Below are positions 1-12,112 of a stretch of DNA of 64,000 nt, piece by piece. The notes beneath the pieces were generated by a model. It was not told the origin of the DNA, did not search any database, and saw only the letters and a list, made by a program, of their open reading frames with translations. How positions within the stretch are numbered: position 1 is the stretch's first letter; every line of letters starts with the position of its first letter. The position numbers and the translations under genes were made by a program. The stretch comes from Rhizophagus irregularis (lineage: Eukaryota): contig NC_089432.1 of assembly GCF_026210795.1 (NCBI RefSeq), positions 1,798,001 through 1,862,000 of the forward strand, written 5' to 3'.

Positions 1-316
1 TTTTTGAACCAATCATATTTAAAAGAAGAAGGTCTAGGTCTTGGTAAACAATCATTTACAATATCATAATTCGGTAATTTTGAATTTGATTCCGTAATAT
101 TTATATGTCCGTTTTTTTTTGTTACATACTGTATGCTGATATTTGTAATTATGAAAAGGCTTTTCTCTACGGGAATGTATTTTGCTCAAGCCGAGAATTG
201 AATCAGGCTTGGCTCATTTTAAGCCTCGATATGAGCCTCAATAATTTGGTATTTATATGATTAAATATTCCATAACTTAATATAACCTAAATTTTCTTCT
301 CAATATTACTCATAAA

Positions 317-3300
317 ATGACAAGCAATCTAGAATGTGGAATATGTGCATATGATGATAATATTACTTATGTAGCTATTAGCCCAGATGGTTCTATAGCA
401 GCAACGTTTAATCCATGTAAGTTATAACACTATACGCCCTGTTCCGATAAAAAAAAAGATGCTAAATTCTTATTACATGCTATTTTCAGATGACTCTTCT
501 ATATCAATTAAAAATGTGGAAACAAATAAAGAAGCGTTAATTTCTTTCGATAGAAATAATTTCCTTGATAAGGAATCCTCCAATAATAATGTATGGTTTT
601 TAAATACTTTTAATAACTACTATATTCGTCTTAAAAACAAGAAACAACCTGAGAATATTATTGGTTGGTCTCTAGCAGTGTCAGATATCATTAATATCAC
701 AAATGGTACCTGCTTGGTTGCAATTTCTTGTATAACTGACAAGGATACAAATCCAAAAGAAATTACAGAAATTGAAAAAGATAGTTCTCGAAGAGTATAT
801 CTTAGAATTTATCTCATTCTGAAAACACGTGGAGATTCTCGAATCCTTTTAATCATATTACTGCTTGCACTTTATTGTTTATTCATTCAAACTTTTACAT
901 ATATGTACACTCTTATTTTAAGTATTGCGGTATTTATTAGCATTCTTGTTTTCATCCTTTTCTTGCCTGAGTTATTCTACTCTTCTAAAATTTTAGAAGA
1001 AGATATTGAACAAGATCGATTATCTCGGGCTTCTAGTGAGGGAGTAATAAAGATTTTTAAGACTTCATTCAAAAATAATAATGATGATGGAAATACTTCA
1101 ATTAATAATTGTGGTGGAGTTGTTACCTTTTTAAAAAGATCTGATACCAGTGTAATACTTGTTTGTACTAATAGTATTAAGATAAAGAAGTTTAGGATAA
1201 AATTAAACAAAAATATTTCCATCTCTAAAGGTGATACTTATTTATTACCTGAAAATTTATTTAAAATATTTTATAACACTAAGAATGCTAAAGATAAAAT
1301 TAAGAATGCTAAAATCAATTGGAAATATCTCTCGAAATCCATGTATCAAGAATTTTTGATGATTAACACAATCGATCATCAAAAAATGAATATTGAAATA
1401 TATAATGTTAGTACTTTGCAGTTAGTAAATGTTTTTTACAAAGATGATTTCTTAATTTCAAATGTTAACGAACCTGGAATTTTTGCCGTATCAATAAATT
1501 CAAGATTATTTGCTTTTTCTTATGGAGATAATGCCATTACAATTTACTTAATGGAAAGTGGCCTTGAAATTGTTTCAAAAAGATTTAATGATATTCGTGA
1601 AATTAAATTTCTAAAATTTATTGAAGAAGAAAAAAAATTGTTAATTATTGAAAAATACGAGAAAGACAATGTGAAATTTACGAAATTTCATATTTGGATT
1701 ATATCAGGATGTTTAAATGATTATTTTTCTATTTCCAATGATACTTTAAAATACGAAGAATATTATCATATTACAACAAAAGCAGATGGAAAAATAGTTT
1801 TTCATAATCATAATAATCAAGTTGAAATAACTACTATAAAAAGCGAAAAAAATGACATGTCGACTGATGAACATGATGGACATAGTTATAATTCACATGA
1901 TCTAGAACCATGGAATAATAGTATAGAAACTATTCGTGGTGGATTTCTTAATAATGACAGAAGATTTCCCGTTATAACTGGTCAAAATAGTATTCAAGTA
2001 TGGAAACTAATATCCCGAGATTTTGAAAATTTTGAAGAATTTAAAAATTTTGAGAATTCGAAACTTGTATATATTTTTATAAGTGGCAATATCAAACCAG
2101 AAAAAGTAACTAAATTTCCTGATATGAATACTGTTATAACTCACGCATGTAAATCACTTGCTTATCTGTACAAGCATGTAAAGAGTAATAATTCTAAAGA
2201 AATACTTCAACAGTTTGTTAATGGAATCACAGATATTATCAAAGACTTTATTAAAGGAAATCCTGATAATTGGAAACTCATGGAAGTTCAATATCCTTTA
2301 ATGGCATATCTAATTTATTCACGTTCAATTTCTTTAATAAAATACATCTTATTTGATGCAAATGGTCAAACTAGATCTCAAAAAAAAAATATCGGGATGT
2401 TACACAGACCACAAAAAAGATATGATTCTTATCCATACATTAATGATTTAAAATTATATGATGATTTTAAATTTGAACAAGATTATATGAAAGATGATGA
2501 TTCGAAACCAACTAATGATTTGGAATTAGCTTTGAAATTAAAAGATGAACCAGCTTATGGTGAATTAGCTTTGGAATTTCGACAAGGTAAATTTCATTTT
2601 ATTACGATTATCAATGAACATATTTAAACAATAATTTTTATTAATAGGTCGAGATGCTATTATTCTAGCATACCTATTGGAATATTATTCTGAAAATTCT
2701 ATGACTCATATTGGTTGGATGATTAACGTAACAAAAATACTTCCAAAATTGCTTAATGATGATTATTATGGTATATTTATTTTATATTATAAACTTTTAT
2801 TATAATATACTAATTAAAAATAATTATTATTTATATAGCTAGTTATATAAATTTATTGCTTCATAAGCCTTGTTTTGGAGAAATGAAGTATAATTTTCCA
2901 ATTAAAAGATTCCGAGCGTTATCATATGGATATGATACACTAGAAGTATATGCGCCACTTATTAATTTAATATCACCAAATTCTTTAGATATTTTGCGAT
3001 ATAAAAAATTGAAGTATCTATCTATATGTGTCATTTAAACTGAACTCATTATTTTAAGTGTTTTTACTGATATTTTTTTTTTTTTAAATAGAGATGTTAT
3101 ATCACCCGATATTTATATGGTTCCACTTCCAAATTTCACAACTCATAAAATTGAAAAATTTGAGAAAAGTAGTTTTTACGAAGAATATGAGAAGATTATA
3201 CATTTCTTTAGAAATATGTTTATTCCACCTTGTTATAACAATATAGATGATAAAAAGCTTAGTTCATTTCTTCAAATTAAAAAGAATGAAAGAGCATTTT

Positions 3301-4600
3301 TTAATATTCCAGCTATGGAAGCAGCTATAAATTCAAGATGGGATCAAACAAAAGTGCATTGGAAAGGTTCTTTATACTTATATTTTATGTTTTTGATTCT
3401 ATTCTCTTCTCTTTCTCATTATTATTTAAGAGGCTACAATAGTATTGATACATCCATAAGGACTGGGTTTGGAATAATTATTTTTTATTACATTGGAATA
3501 TATTTGTTAATAATTGAAATTATGCAAATGCAAAAGTATGCAAAGAAGTATATTACAATATTTAACATGTTTGATTTATTCAGTATCATTTCGGGTATGG
3601 CCATTATTACTTTGATATTATTAGTAAAAGTATTTAATAAAGCTGATGGAATTAGTGAAGAACTTATTACTATATTAACAACGGTAACTACATTAATACT
3701 TTGGATTGAAATGGTACGTTTTATGACTTTGAAATTCTTAACTTTAAAAATAATTTATATACTAATTTTTTTTATTTTCTCAAAGCTTTTATTATTTCGA
3801 TTATTTTCAGTAATAGCAATAAATGTATTTATTTTTGGAAATATTTTAAAAAAGATTATACCATTCTTTGCATTTATGTTCATTTTTATAATTGGTTTCG
3901 GGCATTCAATGTAAATTTTGCTTCATTATTTTGTGCATCCTTGTATTAAGTTTCAAAATTAATAATAACTCATGGTTACGTTATAATTAGATTTGTTCTT
4001 TTTATGAATCCCTTATTTCATGATAGAAATCAAGATAATCCTTTTGATACAATATGGGATGCTATACTTTCTGCGTACTATATGAGTTCAGTTGATTTGA
4101 ATATTTATAATTATTGGCCGTTAAAGTTATTTGCTTTTATTGCAAATGTTATTATAGTTCTTATTTTACTTAATATGATTATTGCGTTAATGAAGTAAGT
4201 AGTATGTTTATTAAATATGTTTTGTTTACAAATATTTATTAACCAAATTTTATAAAGTGACACATTTAATAAAGCTAAGGAAGATGGTAATCTTGGACTT
4301 TTGATGTATAGAGCAGAACTTATTGATGATTTTGAAAGACTTGACGGTCCCTCATTATATAATTCACCATATATATGTTTTCGTCAAGATCCTGAATTGA
4401 TGAAAAAATGGATAAGTAAATCTCAAGAAATTAAAGAAACAAAATTATATTCATGGTTTAATGAGAGTATCGATAAAAATAAGATAAATTATGATAATGA
4501 TGATATTGGTGAAAAACTTACACCAAGTAATGAATATCAAGTCTTAGTCTCTTCATCTATAGTTGCTAGTTCATATGCCCCTGACCAATTTGGATCATAG
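317..4600 (+). CDS. Multi-exon TRP-like cation channel (N-terminal beta-propeller-like region, C-terminal 6-TM channel module)
   Basis: ATG 317 (MTSNLEC..YVAISPDGSIAATFNP); intron 417-489; long exon to 2586; further GT-AG exons. The C-terminus has hydrophobic S1-S4, S5 (IIPFFAFMFIFIIGFGHSM), pore (DNPFDTIWDAILSAYY), S6 (IIVLILLNMIIALMN) and a TRP-helix-like DTFNKA..YRAELI. Stop at 4600. Confidence 0.8.
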
Positions 4601-4859
4601 TTATTTTATTTATTTATTTTTACTTTTTATTTACTTTCTTGTGATTTCTTAAATGTCACTTATTGAAAAATTTTTGTACAGTAGTTATAGAATGTAAAAA
4701 TAATTTAGATATCTGTAAATTAAATATATTATAGAAAGAATCAATGATAAAATCTTTTGAAACTTGTAAAATTAAAAATCAAAAAATAATAAATAATTAT
4801 TATCACAGTGTCAGTGTACTATTTCTATTCAAATATTTGAACAAATATTTCTAATTTAT

Positions 4860-6600
4860 TTAACAATAAATTGCTCTTCATTTCCTATTTTTAAGTATCT
4901 TAACCTATTTGAGCATCTTGATCTCCTTATTCAGCTGATTTTTTGTACCAATAAATTGCTCTATTTATGTTATTATTAATTCCTTCTCCATTCTTATGCA
5001 TCATAGCAAGATTATATTGAGCTATACTATTCACTAACCCTTGCTTTTTTGATATAATTCAAATGTTTATTTCTTAACAATTTAAATTATTTATTCCAAG
5101 TGCATTTTTTTAAATCAGCTACTTTTTGATATAATTCAAATGCTTTTTTGTTTATCAAGCAACACTGATTCTAATTCCTAAATAATAAATAAGACAATAT
5201 TATTTGAATTATTTGATTATATAATAATAGATTATAAATCTTTTGTAAATCTATATGAATATTTAAGGTTAGAACATTGATTATATCATTAGCTATTATG
5301 TTAAAGCTATTCTCAAATCTTTTATTCAATGACATTGAAGTTTCTATATCTTTTATATTCATCAAATCAAAATTTTGAATAACTTGAGACAAATCTCCAT
5401 GTAATGAATCAATATTTTCAGAAATTTCAATGTCTAGATTCGGTCGCTGATTGTTTGATGATTGAATATTTTTGTTATTATTATCATATAAGTGAAATTT
5501 TTTATAATTATAATTCTTTTGTTATAATTGCTTTTAATTCATCAACTACTTGATTGATAGTTGGACGATTATTATTAGGTTCAATATTCCGACAATATAC
5601 AAAAAAATAAATGTCTTTATTAATAAACAATACTATTTATAAGTATTGTTTAAATTGTATTTACCAATATAAATATTTATATATTTTTCAGATGTATCGT
5701 GAGTGGGTGTCTCTCTAAGGCCTTGTAAAATACTTAAAGTTAAACCAACATCATATGGTTTATCATATACATGTTGCCGAAACTCGGCAATTTCGGAATA
5801 ATTTCAGGATTCGGTCTTCGGCAAAACGAGGCTCCAGTCGAAAATCAAAAGTTGGGCCGAAATTTTCTGGCCAGCATATGCATTTTGAGCCCGCATTATA
5901 AATTTTGTGTAACATTAATGTAACACAATATTTCATCGCAGGCATGAAAATTTCTTTGTGTATCTTTGGTGGCTAAACTTTGATCCGGTGTCACGTGATA
6001 TATGGTGGCCAGCACTAAAAATTAGGCCAGAATTATAAAATAGTTTCAGACATTGATCTCAAGTTTCGGCCAGAGTTTCGTTTCAGATTTCGGAACTTTC
6101 GGATTCGGCCATGTTTTCGGCAAGTTTCGGCAACATTTATAGTTTATCAATATTATTTATTTATTTTATGGATAGCTAGGAGGAATGTTTATCATGAAAA
6201 AAAGGTTCCCATAATAATACGCCAATGCTATAAACATCACTTTTCATTTAACAAATATAATTCTGTTGTACTTCTATTCCAAATGATTAGTTGGATATTT
6301 CATCAATTCTTTTTGATAAGCCAAAATCTGCTAGCCTAACAGTATTCTAATAGATCAATACATTATTGGAGTGCTATTTAATTACACATTAAAATAAAAT
6401 AATTAAATTAAGATAAACTAATCTTTAAAATACATTACAACAATCATAAGTTGTAAATTAATTATCAATTCACTATGCACGCCATGCAAACATTCATCAT
6501 TCCAAGTGAGATTTTCAAAATTTTTTTTCAAATATTTTCGGAGAGTGCCATTATCAGCATATTCCATTACTAGCATATACTTTTTTGGGGTTTCTTTTAA
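4860..6600 (-). pseudogene. Decayed TKL kinase-Sel1 gene
   Basis: Minus-strand fragments read LVMEYADNGTLRKYL, LADFGLSKRID, GVLLW, PYDVGLTLSILQGLRETP and AQYNLAMM..AIYWYKKSAE. It has frameshifts, stops, deletions and a hAT insertion. Confidence 0.85.
5766..6141. mobile_element. Non-autonomous hAT-type MITE inserted in a kinase exon
   Basis: TIRs tatacatgttgccgaaact / agtttcggcaacatttata (1 mismatch); 8-bp TSD gtttatca at 5758-5765 and 6142-6149. Confidence 0.85.
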
Positions 6601-7030
6601 AAAAAAGAAAAAAATTTACAAATTAGTTAATTCAACTGCGGCTGAAAAGATCTGCGTATTTTTCAAGCACAGGAAAATCTGATAAAAAAACAACTCTAAG
6701 ACCAATGAAAAGGATTACATGTGTAATAATAAATGATATTCATTTTATTATTGTATTACTTATTTCAATATCTCATGAAATAATTTTTGGAAAATTCATT
6801 AAAAAATCCTTACGCTGAGCTTACGCATCAGCTTTTATTGTATGATTTTTTTCTATTTATTAATCCACTCTAAAATACTTTTAATGTTATGTATAATTAC
6901 AAGTTTTACAACTATAGGTCACTAGTTGTAAATAAAAATATTGTCTATTTATTGGCACTAACCTTTACTTTTCAATACAACCTTTATTTTTACCTTTTAT
7001 TCTTGTAGGCTTAAAGCAAATTAATTATTA

Positions 7031-7181
7031 CTTTCAAATCGATGGATCGCTGTATGCATCTATATCAATGTTGGTGCTACTAACAACGACAGTCTACAAT
7101 CCTGATATGCGGATTTTGGTGTCGGATTATAGACTGTCGATATTATGGTTGTTAGGATTTTTGGAAGATCCAATTTGAAAG
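7031..7181. other. Imperfect ~150-nt hairpin (candidate structured ncRNA or MITE relic)
   Basis: Nested pairings ctttcaaat/atttgaaag, tggatc/gatcca, ctaacaac/gttgttag, cgacagtcta/tagactgtcg and aatcc/ggatt. Confidence 0.55.
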
Positions 7182-8548
7182 GACTGAATTGGATAAAATT
7201 AATTAATGAAATCAACCATAATAATTTTTAAAATCCATTAAAATTGGTGATCTACTAGTTTTACCATTCTTTCTAAATGTTATAAAAAATAATCACTCGC
7301 TCAGGAAATTACAATCCAATATTAAAACAGGGTCTATAAAAAAGGTGTCTTAGCTCAAAAACTATACCAATTTATTTCCACAATAGGGTTCAAAGAAATT
7401 CAATTAATAAAATTAGTAAACAGAAAAGAAAAATTCAAAAATTAGTACCATTATAAAAAATGTAAATTCCTCCATCATTTCAAAATATACTAATCAACGA
7501 TAATATTATCTTAAAGCTACATTTATTCAATTAAAGTAATTATTAATGTATGAGTATTCTGTTTTAATAAATTAGTAAAATTATAGGTTCCTCTCAATTT
7601 CATTTAATATTAGGAAACCTAATTTGAATAATAAAATTATATGACCAATTTTTTAAAAAATTGTTTTAAAATAAAATTCTATATTTCTTTTTATATTATT
7701 CTATTAAAAAGAAATGTTTTTATTTAATACATATAACATATTGCAAAAATACAATCGAACATCCAAGTTTAATTTCGGTAAAATAACCTTTCCATATTAA
7801 ATAATTCCGGCCGGAATTATGCACTCTATTTCTTAATTCGGTATTAAATCATGATTTTATTTTTATTAATGGATGTCAGTTAGGAACCTATTAACATGAC
7901 GCGAATTTAAGCAAAATATTACATACAAGATCAAAATTGAAACAAATACTACTAAACTACTTTCGCAAAAATAATCTACTCAAACCGGTGGATAAATCTT
8001 AGGAAGAAGGCCTATAAGAAGACTACTACCTTGGACACGCCAAGCCAAAGACCCAGGTGAAATGAAGCCCGTACCCGCAGATTAACCAAAACCGAAACCG
8101 CCAGCCCCTGGTTGGTAAATATCCCCAACACTGGTCGATAAAGACAAATTCTCCAAGTGACTACATTACCAGAGTTAATAAACTATGCAAGCCAGTTAAT
8201 GACATCATACCACAATCCCACCATTTAAGGAACCTGGTAACCCAGACGAATCGCAGCACTTTGAAAATTAAATAAATAGATAATCTATTTGTAATTCATA
8301 ATGCAGAGTAAATTCTATTTAGAATATCTGTTTTTGCTTAAATTGATCATCACACAACATAATAAATAATCCGTACAACTAAACAGAACTGACTTTTTCT
8401 AAATCGGGTAAACAAGAATAAGCATCGATATTCGGGTACAAGCCCCGATCCTGGTACAATTGATTATGGAAAAATAATTAACCGGATTACAAATTCTATT
8501 TTAATATAATCCTTTTCAAAATAAATTAATTTTATCCATCATTCAATT

Positions 8549-10870
8549 ATGATAGAATATGACAATATTGAAGATCCAAACGAATGGATTGAAGAAGCTA
8601 TTTCAAAGAAACATATTAAATATTATGAATATGAACATTTTAGTAATATAGAAAAAATCGGGTTTGGAGCATTTGGAAAAGTTTATCGTGCAAATTGGAG
8701 AAATAAAGAACAATATTTAGCATTAAAATCTTTTTTTAATCATGACAAGGCTACTACCAAAGAAATTGTTGAAGAGGTATATATGTTTTTTATGCTTAAT
8801 TTTTCGGTATTATTTTTATCGTATATTAATTTTTCAATAAAAAAAAAAAATTATTAAATCTTATTTTAGTTAAAACTTTAACGTGAAGTCGATTTTCATG
8901 ATAATGTTATTCGTTTCTTTGGAGTTACGTCAGGTACGATGAAATTAATCAAAAATCTTTTGATATAATAGAAGTGATTAAGATGGCAAATTTTTTTTTA
9001 TATATTAGAGAATAATCAAAATAATTCATCGAAAAATTATTCATTGGTAATGGAGTATGCAGATGGTGGAACCCTCAGACAATATTTAAAAAAAAATTTC
9101 GATAAACTTAGTTGGGATAATAAACTCATTATCGCTTATCAACTGGCTTGTGCAGTTTCATGTTTACATGACGAAGGGATTATGCATAGTGATTTGGTAA
9201 TTGTAATTATAGGGTATATTATAATATATATAATTTTCATTATTACTAATCCATTACCGCTTAACATTAATTATTTATATGATAGCACTCCAATAATATA
9301 TTAATTCATCAAAATATTGTTAAACTAGCCGATTTTGGATTATCGAAAAGAATTGAAGAAGTAACTAAAAGCCATTCAAAATTATTTGGTGTTATTCCCT
9401 ATATTGATCCAAAAAGATTGATTAAACAAAAATATAAATTAGATAAAATGAGTGATGTATATAGTGTAGGAGTATTATTATGGGAAATATCGAGTGGTCG
9501 ACCACCTTTTTATACTGAGGGCAAGAAATATGACATTGGTTTAATTTATGAAATTTCAGAAGGTTTGAGAGAAAAACCCGTTCCTGATACTTCAATCACT
9601 TATATCAAGCTTTATACCGGTAAATATTTATAAACAGTAAATATGATTTTAATAAAAATTACTCATAAACCGATTTTTTCTTTAGATTGTTGGGATGGAG
9701 AGCCAGATAATCGTCCAACTATATGTGAAGTAGTTGATCGACTGAAAGATATGATATTTCCAAATGATGAAAGCGAAACAACAAAAATTGATCAAACAAA
9801 TGATGATAAATTAACTGTTACTAATATTGATAAAACTTATACTTCATCTATCGGGTTGAGTAAAATGGATACGAATGAAATACATGAAATAATAGAACAA
9901 TTAGCGGAAGATCAAATAACGAAACATGTTGATGAATTATTTAATCTTATTTTCAAAGAGGTAAATGAAGGAAAATAATTGAGAATGACAAAGCAACATA
10001 TTTTTGATTATTCTAAAAATCATAATATAGATTTAAAGGACATTTATGATTGGTTATTACATAATCAGGATAATACAAACTATACTTTTTTACTTGGATA
10101 TTTTAATTATCGTGGGATTGGAACAATTAAACATGATTGGAAAGCATTTAATTTATTTTTTAGTGCATCAGAACAAGATCATATATCGGCACAATATCAT
10201 GTTGGATTATATTATGAAGTTGGCAATGAAACTGCAAAAGATGAAAAATTAGCTTTTGAATTATATGAAAATGTGGCCAAAAATAATTATGCAGCAGGAG
10301 AATATAAAATTGGATGTTTCTATGAAAAAGGAATAGACATTAAAAATGATATAGATCAAGCAATTTTTTGGTATGAAAAAGCTTCAAACAATGGCAATAT
10401 TAGAGCTCAATATAATCTTGCTTCTTTATATAAAGATGGAAATATTGTCGAAAGGGATAAAACCAAAGCTTTTAAATTATTTGAAAAATCAGCTGAAGGA
10501 AAATATTCAAATGGGATAAATATGTTAGGATATTGTTATAATGTTGGTATTGGAACTGAAATTGATAGAAAAATGGCATTTGAATTATATCAAAGTGCTG
10601 CAGATTTAGGAAATACATATGGAATAAATAATTTAGGTCGTTGTTACCAATATGGAATTGGCACTAATGTTGATAAGCATAAAGCACTTGAATTATATCA
10701 AAAGGCAGCAAAATTGGGGAATAATAAAGCTCAATTTAATCTTGCCAAAAAATATGAAATTGGAGAAGGAGTTGTAAAAGATATAAACCAAGCGATCTAT
10801 TGGTATAAAAAATCTGCCAAAGAGAAAATCTAAATGCACAAATGAAATTAATAAGCCTAAGAAGTTAGTT
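8549..10870 (+). pseudogene. TKL kinase-Sel1 pseudogene (tandem paralog of 12113-14441)
   Basis: GFGAFG, LALK, HSDL, DFG and 7 Sel1 repeats are present. In-frame TAA at 8879-8881 (paralog CAA) and 9976-9978 (paralog GAA), plus a frameshift near 10820. Confidence 0.85.
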
Positions 10871-11049
10871 CAATTAATTATCATGACTTTTTTATTGTTA
10901 TTTTTTATAGAACATTTTTATTTAAAAGGATAAATCAATAGTCAAAATCAAACAATATTAGTCAAAAAATTTCACTAATTACAGTAATTAATAAGTAGTT
11001 AAATAAACTTGTTAATAAACTATTAAAAAATTAAAAAAGATTTAATAAT

Positions 11050-11540
11050 AATATGAATTTATGGCTGTGCAAATCAGTTTCTGTTACGCAATATCGCATC
11101 CTCTATCTGGTGTTATCTCTCCATCAATAGCAGAGATCCGGAAAAGCTTGGCCACTTTATAAATGCGTCGCGGAATTTGGGTTTGACCATATTATTGTAA
11201 TTGGAGAGATGTTATATAGGTTGCTATTTCTAGATTGCTGCGGACGAGTTTTTCAATGGGATGCAATGGAACAAATATTATGACCATTAGGGCCTTTATT
11301 AGAGAATGTGAAGCCAAGATTGAACGGAAAGATCGAATAGTATGGACTGTAGAAGATGGTGTCGCGTATGAGGAATCTAGTGGTATGTCTACAAGCATTA
11401 TTGTAATGGGAGTGAAGACGCGCTACTTATTTTTATTAACTTTCTTCTTTTTAGGTTCTTTAGAACCAAGAAGAAATACAAGTGCTGTTAAAGGCAAAAA
11501 ACAATCGCTCAAAGAAAAGATAACGGAATCAAAGATATGA
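11050..11540 (+). pseudogene. Degenerate small hypothetical gene
   Basis: Protein-like pieces lie in different frames: LLFLDCCGRVFQWDAMEQIL*PLG and RIVWTVEDGVAYEESS. A GT-AG intron lies at about 11383-11454. Confidence 0.4.
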
Positions 11541-12112
11541 GATTTACAATATGAGCTAAAAAGATATACTGCTTAAAAATTAGAATAAATTCATGTCAAT
11601 TCCACTTAATTTAAAACAAACAAAAAAACTGCTATTCTACATGATAATTGCTAAATATGAATTTAACAAAAGTAAAATATGTCCGCTCAAATTATCAATT
11701 TGAACCGGGTGATATGGTCAGCAAATACCGTAATTTTGGCCAATCATACTACTCCAGATTATTAATCTTTAGCCCGAATTTTAGTCTATTGGTAATGATA
11801 ATCAAATATATAAAATTGTCAAAAAAAAAATAAAATTGAACCTGCGAAATTTGAAGTTAACTATGCTTGCTGAAATTATGCTATTAACATTCTATTAAAA
11901 AAAAATCACATGATTTCATATAGGAAAACAGTTACTCCGAATGTGTAATTATGCGTAGTAAAGATATTTTTATCTTCAAATAAAGACGGAGCGATCATCA
12001 GAATACATGCTGAGACCAAAACTAAATACGTAAGTTAAATGAATATTCTAAAAATAATTTTTTTTTCTTTCCTATAAATAATTTTTTTTATTAATATTTC
12101 TTTCATTCAATA

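Noticed and set aside
9976..9981. Stop-codon readthrough or alternative genetic code joining adjacent ORFs
   Set aside because: The paralog has GAA here and the gene has other lesions; TAA is a normal stop elsewhere in the window.
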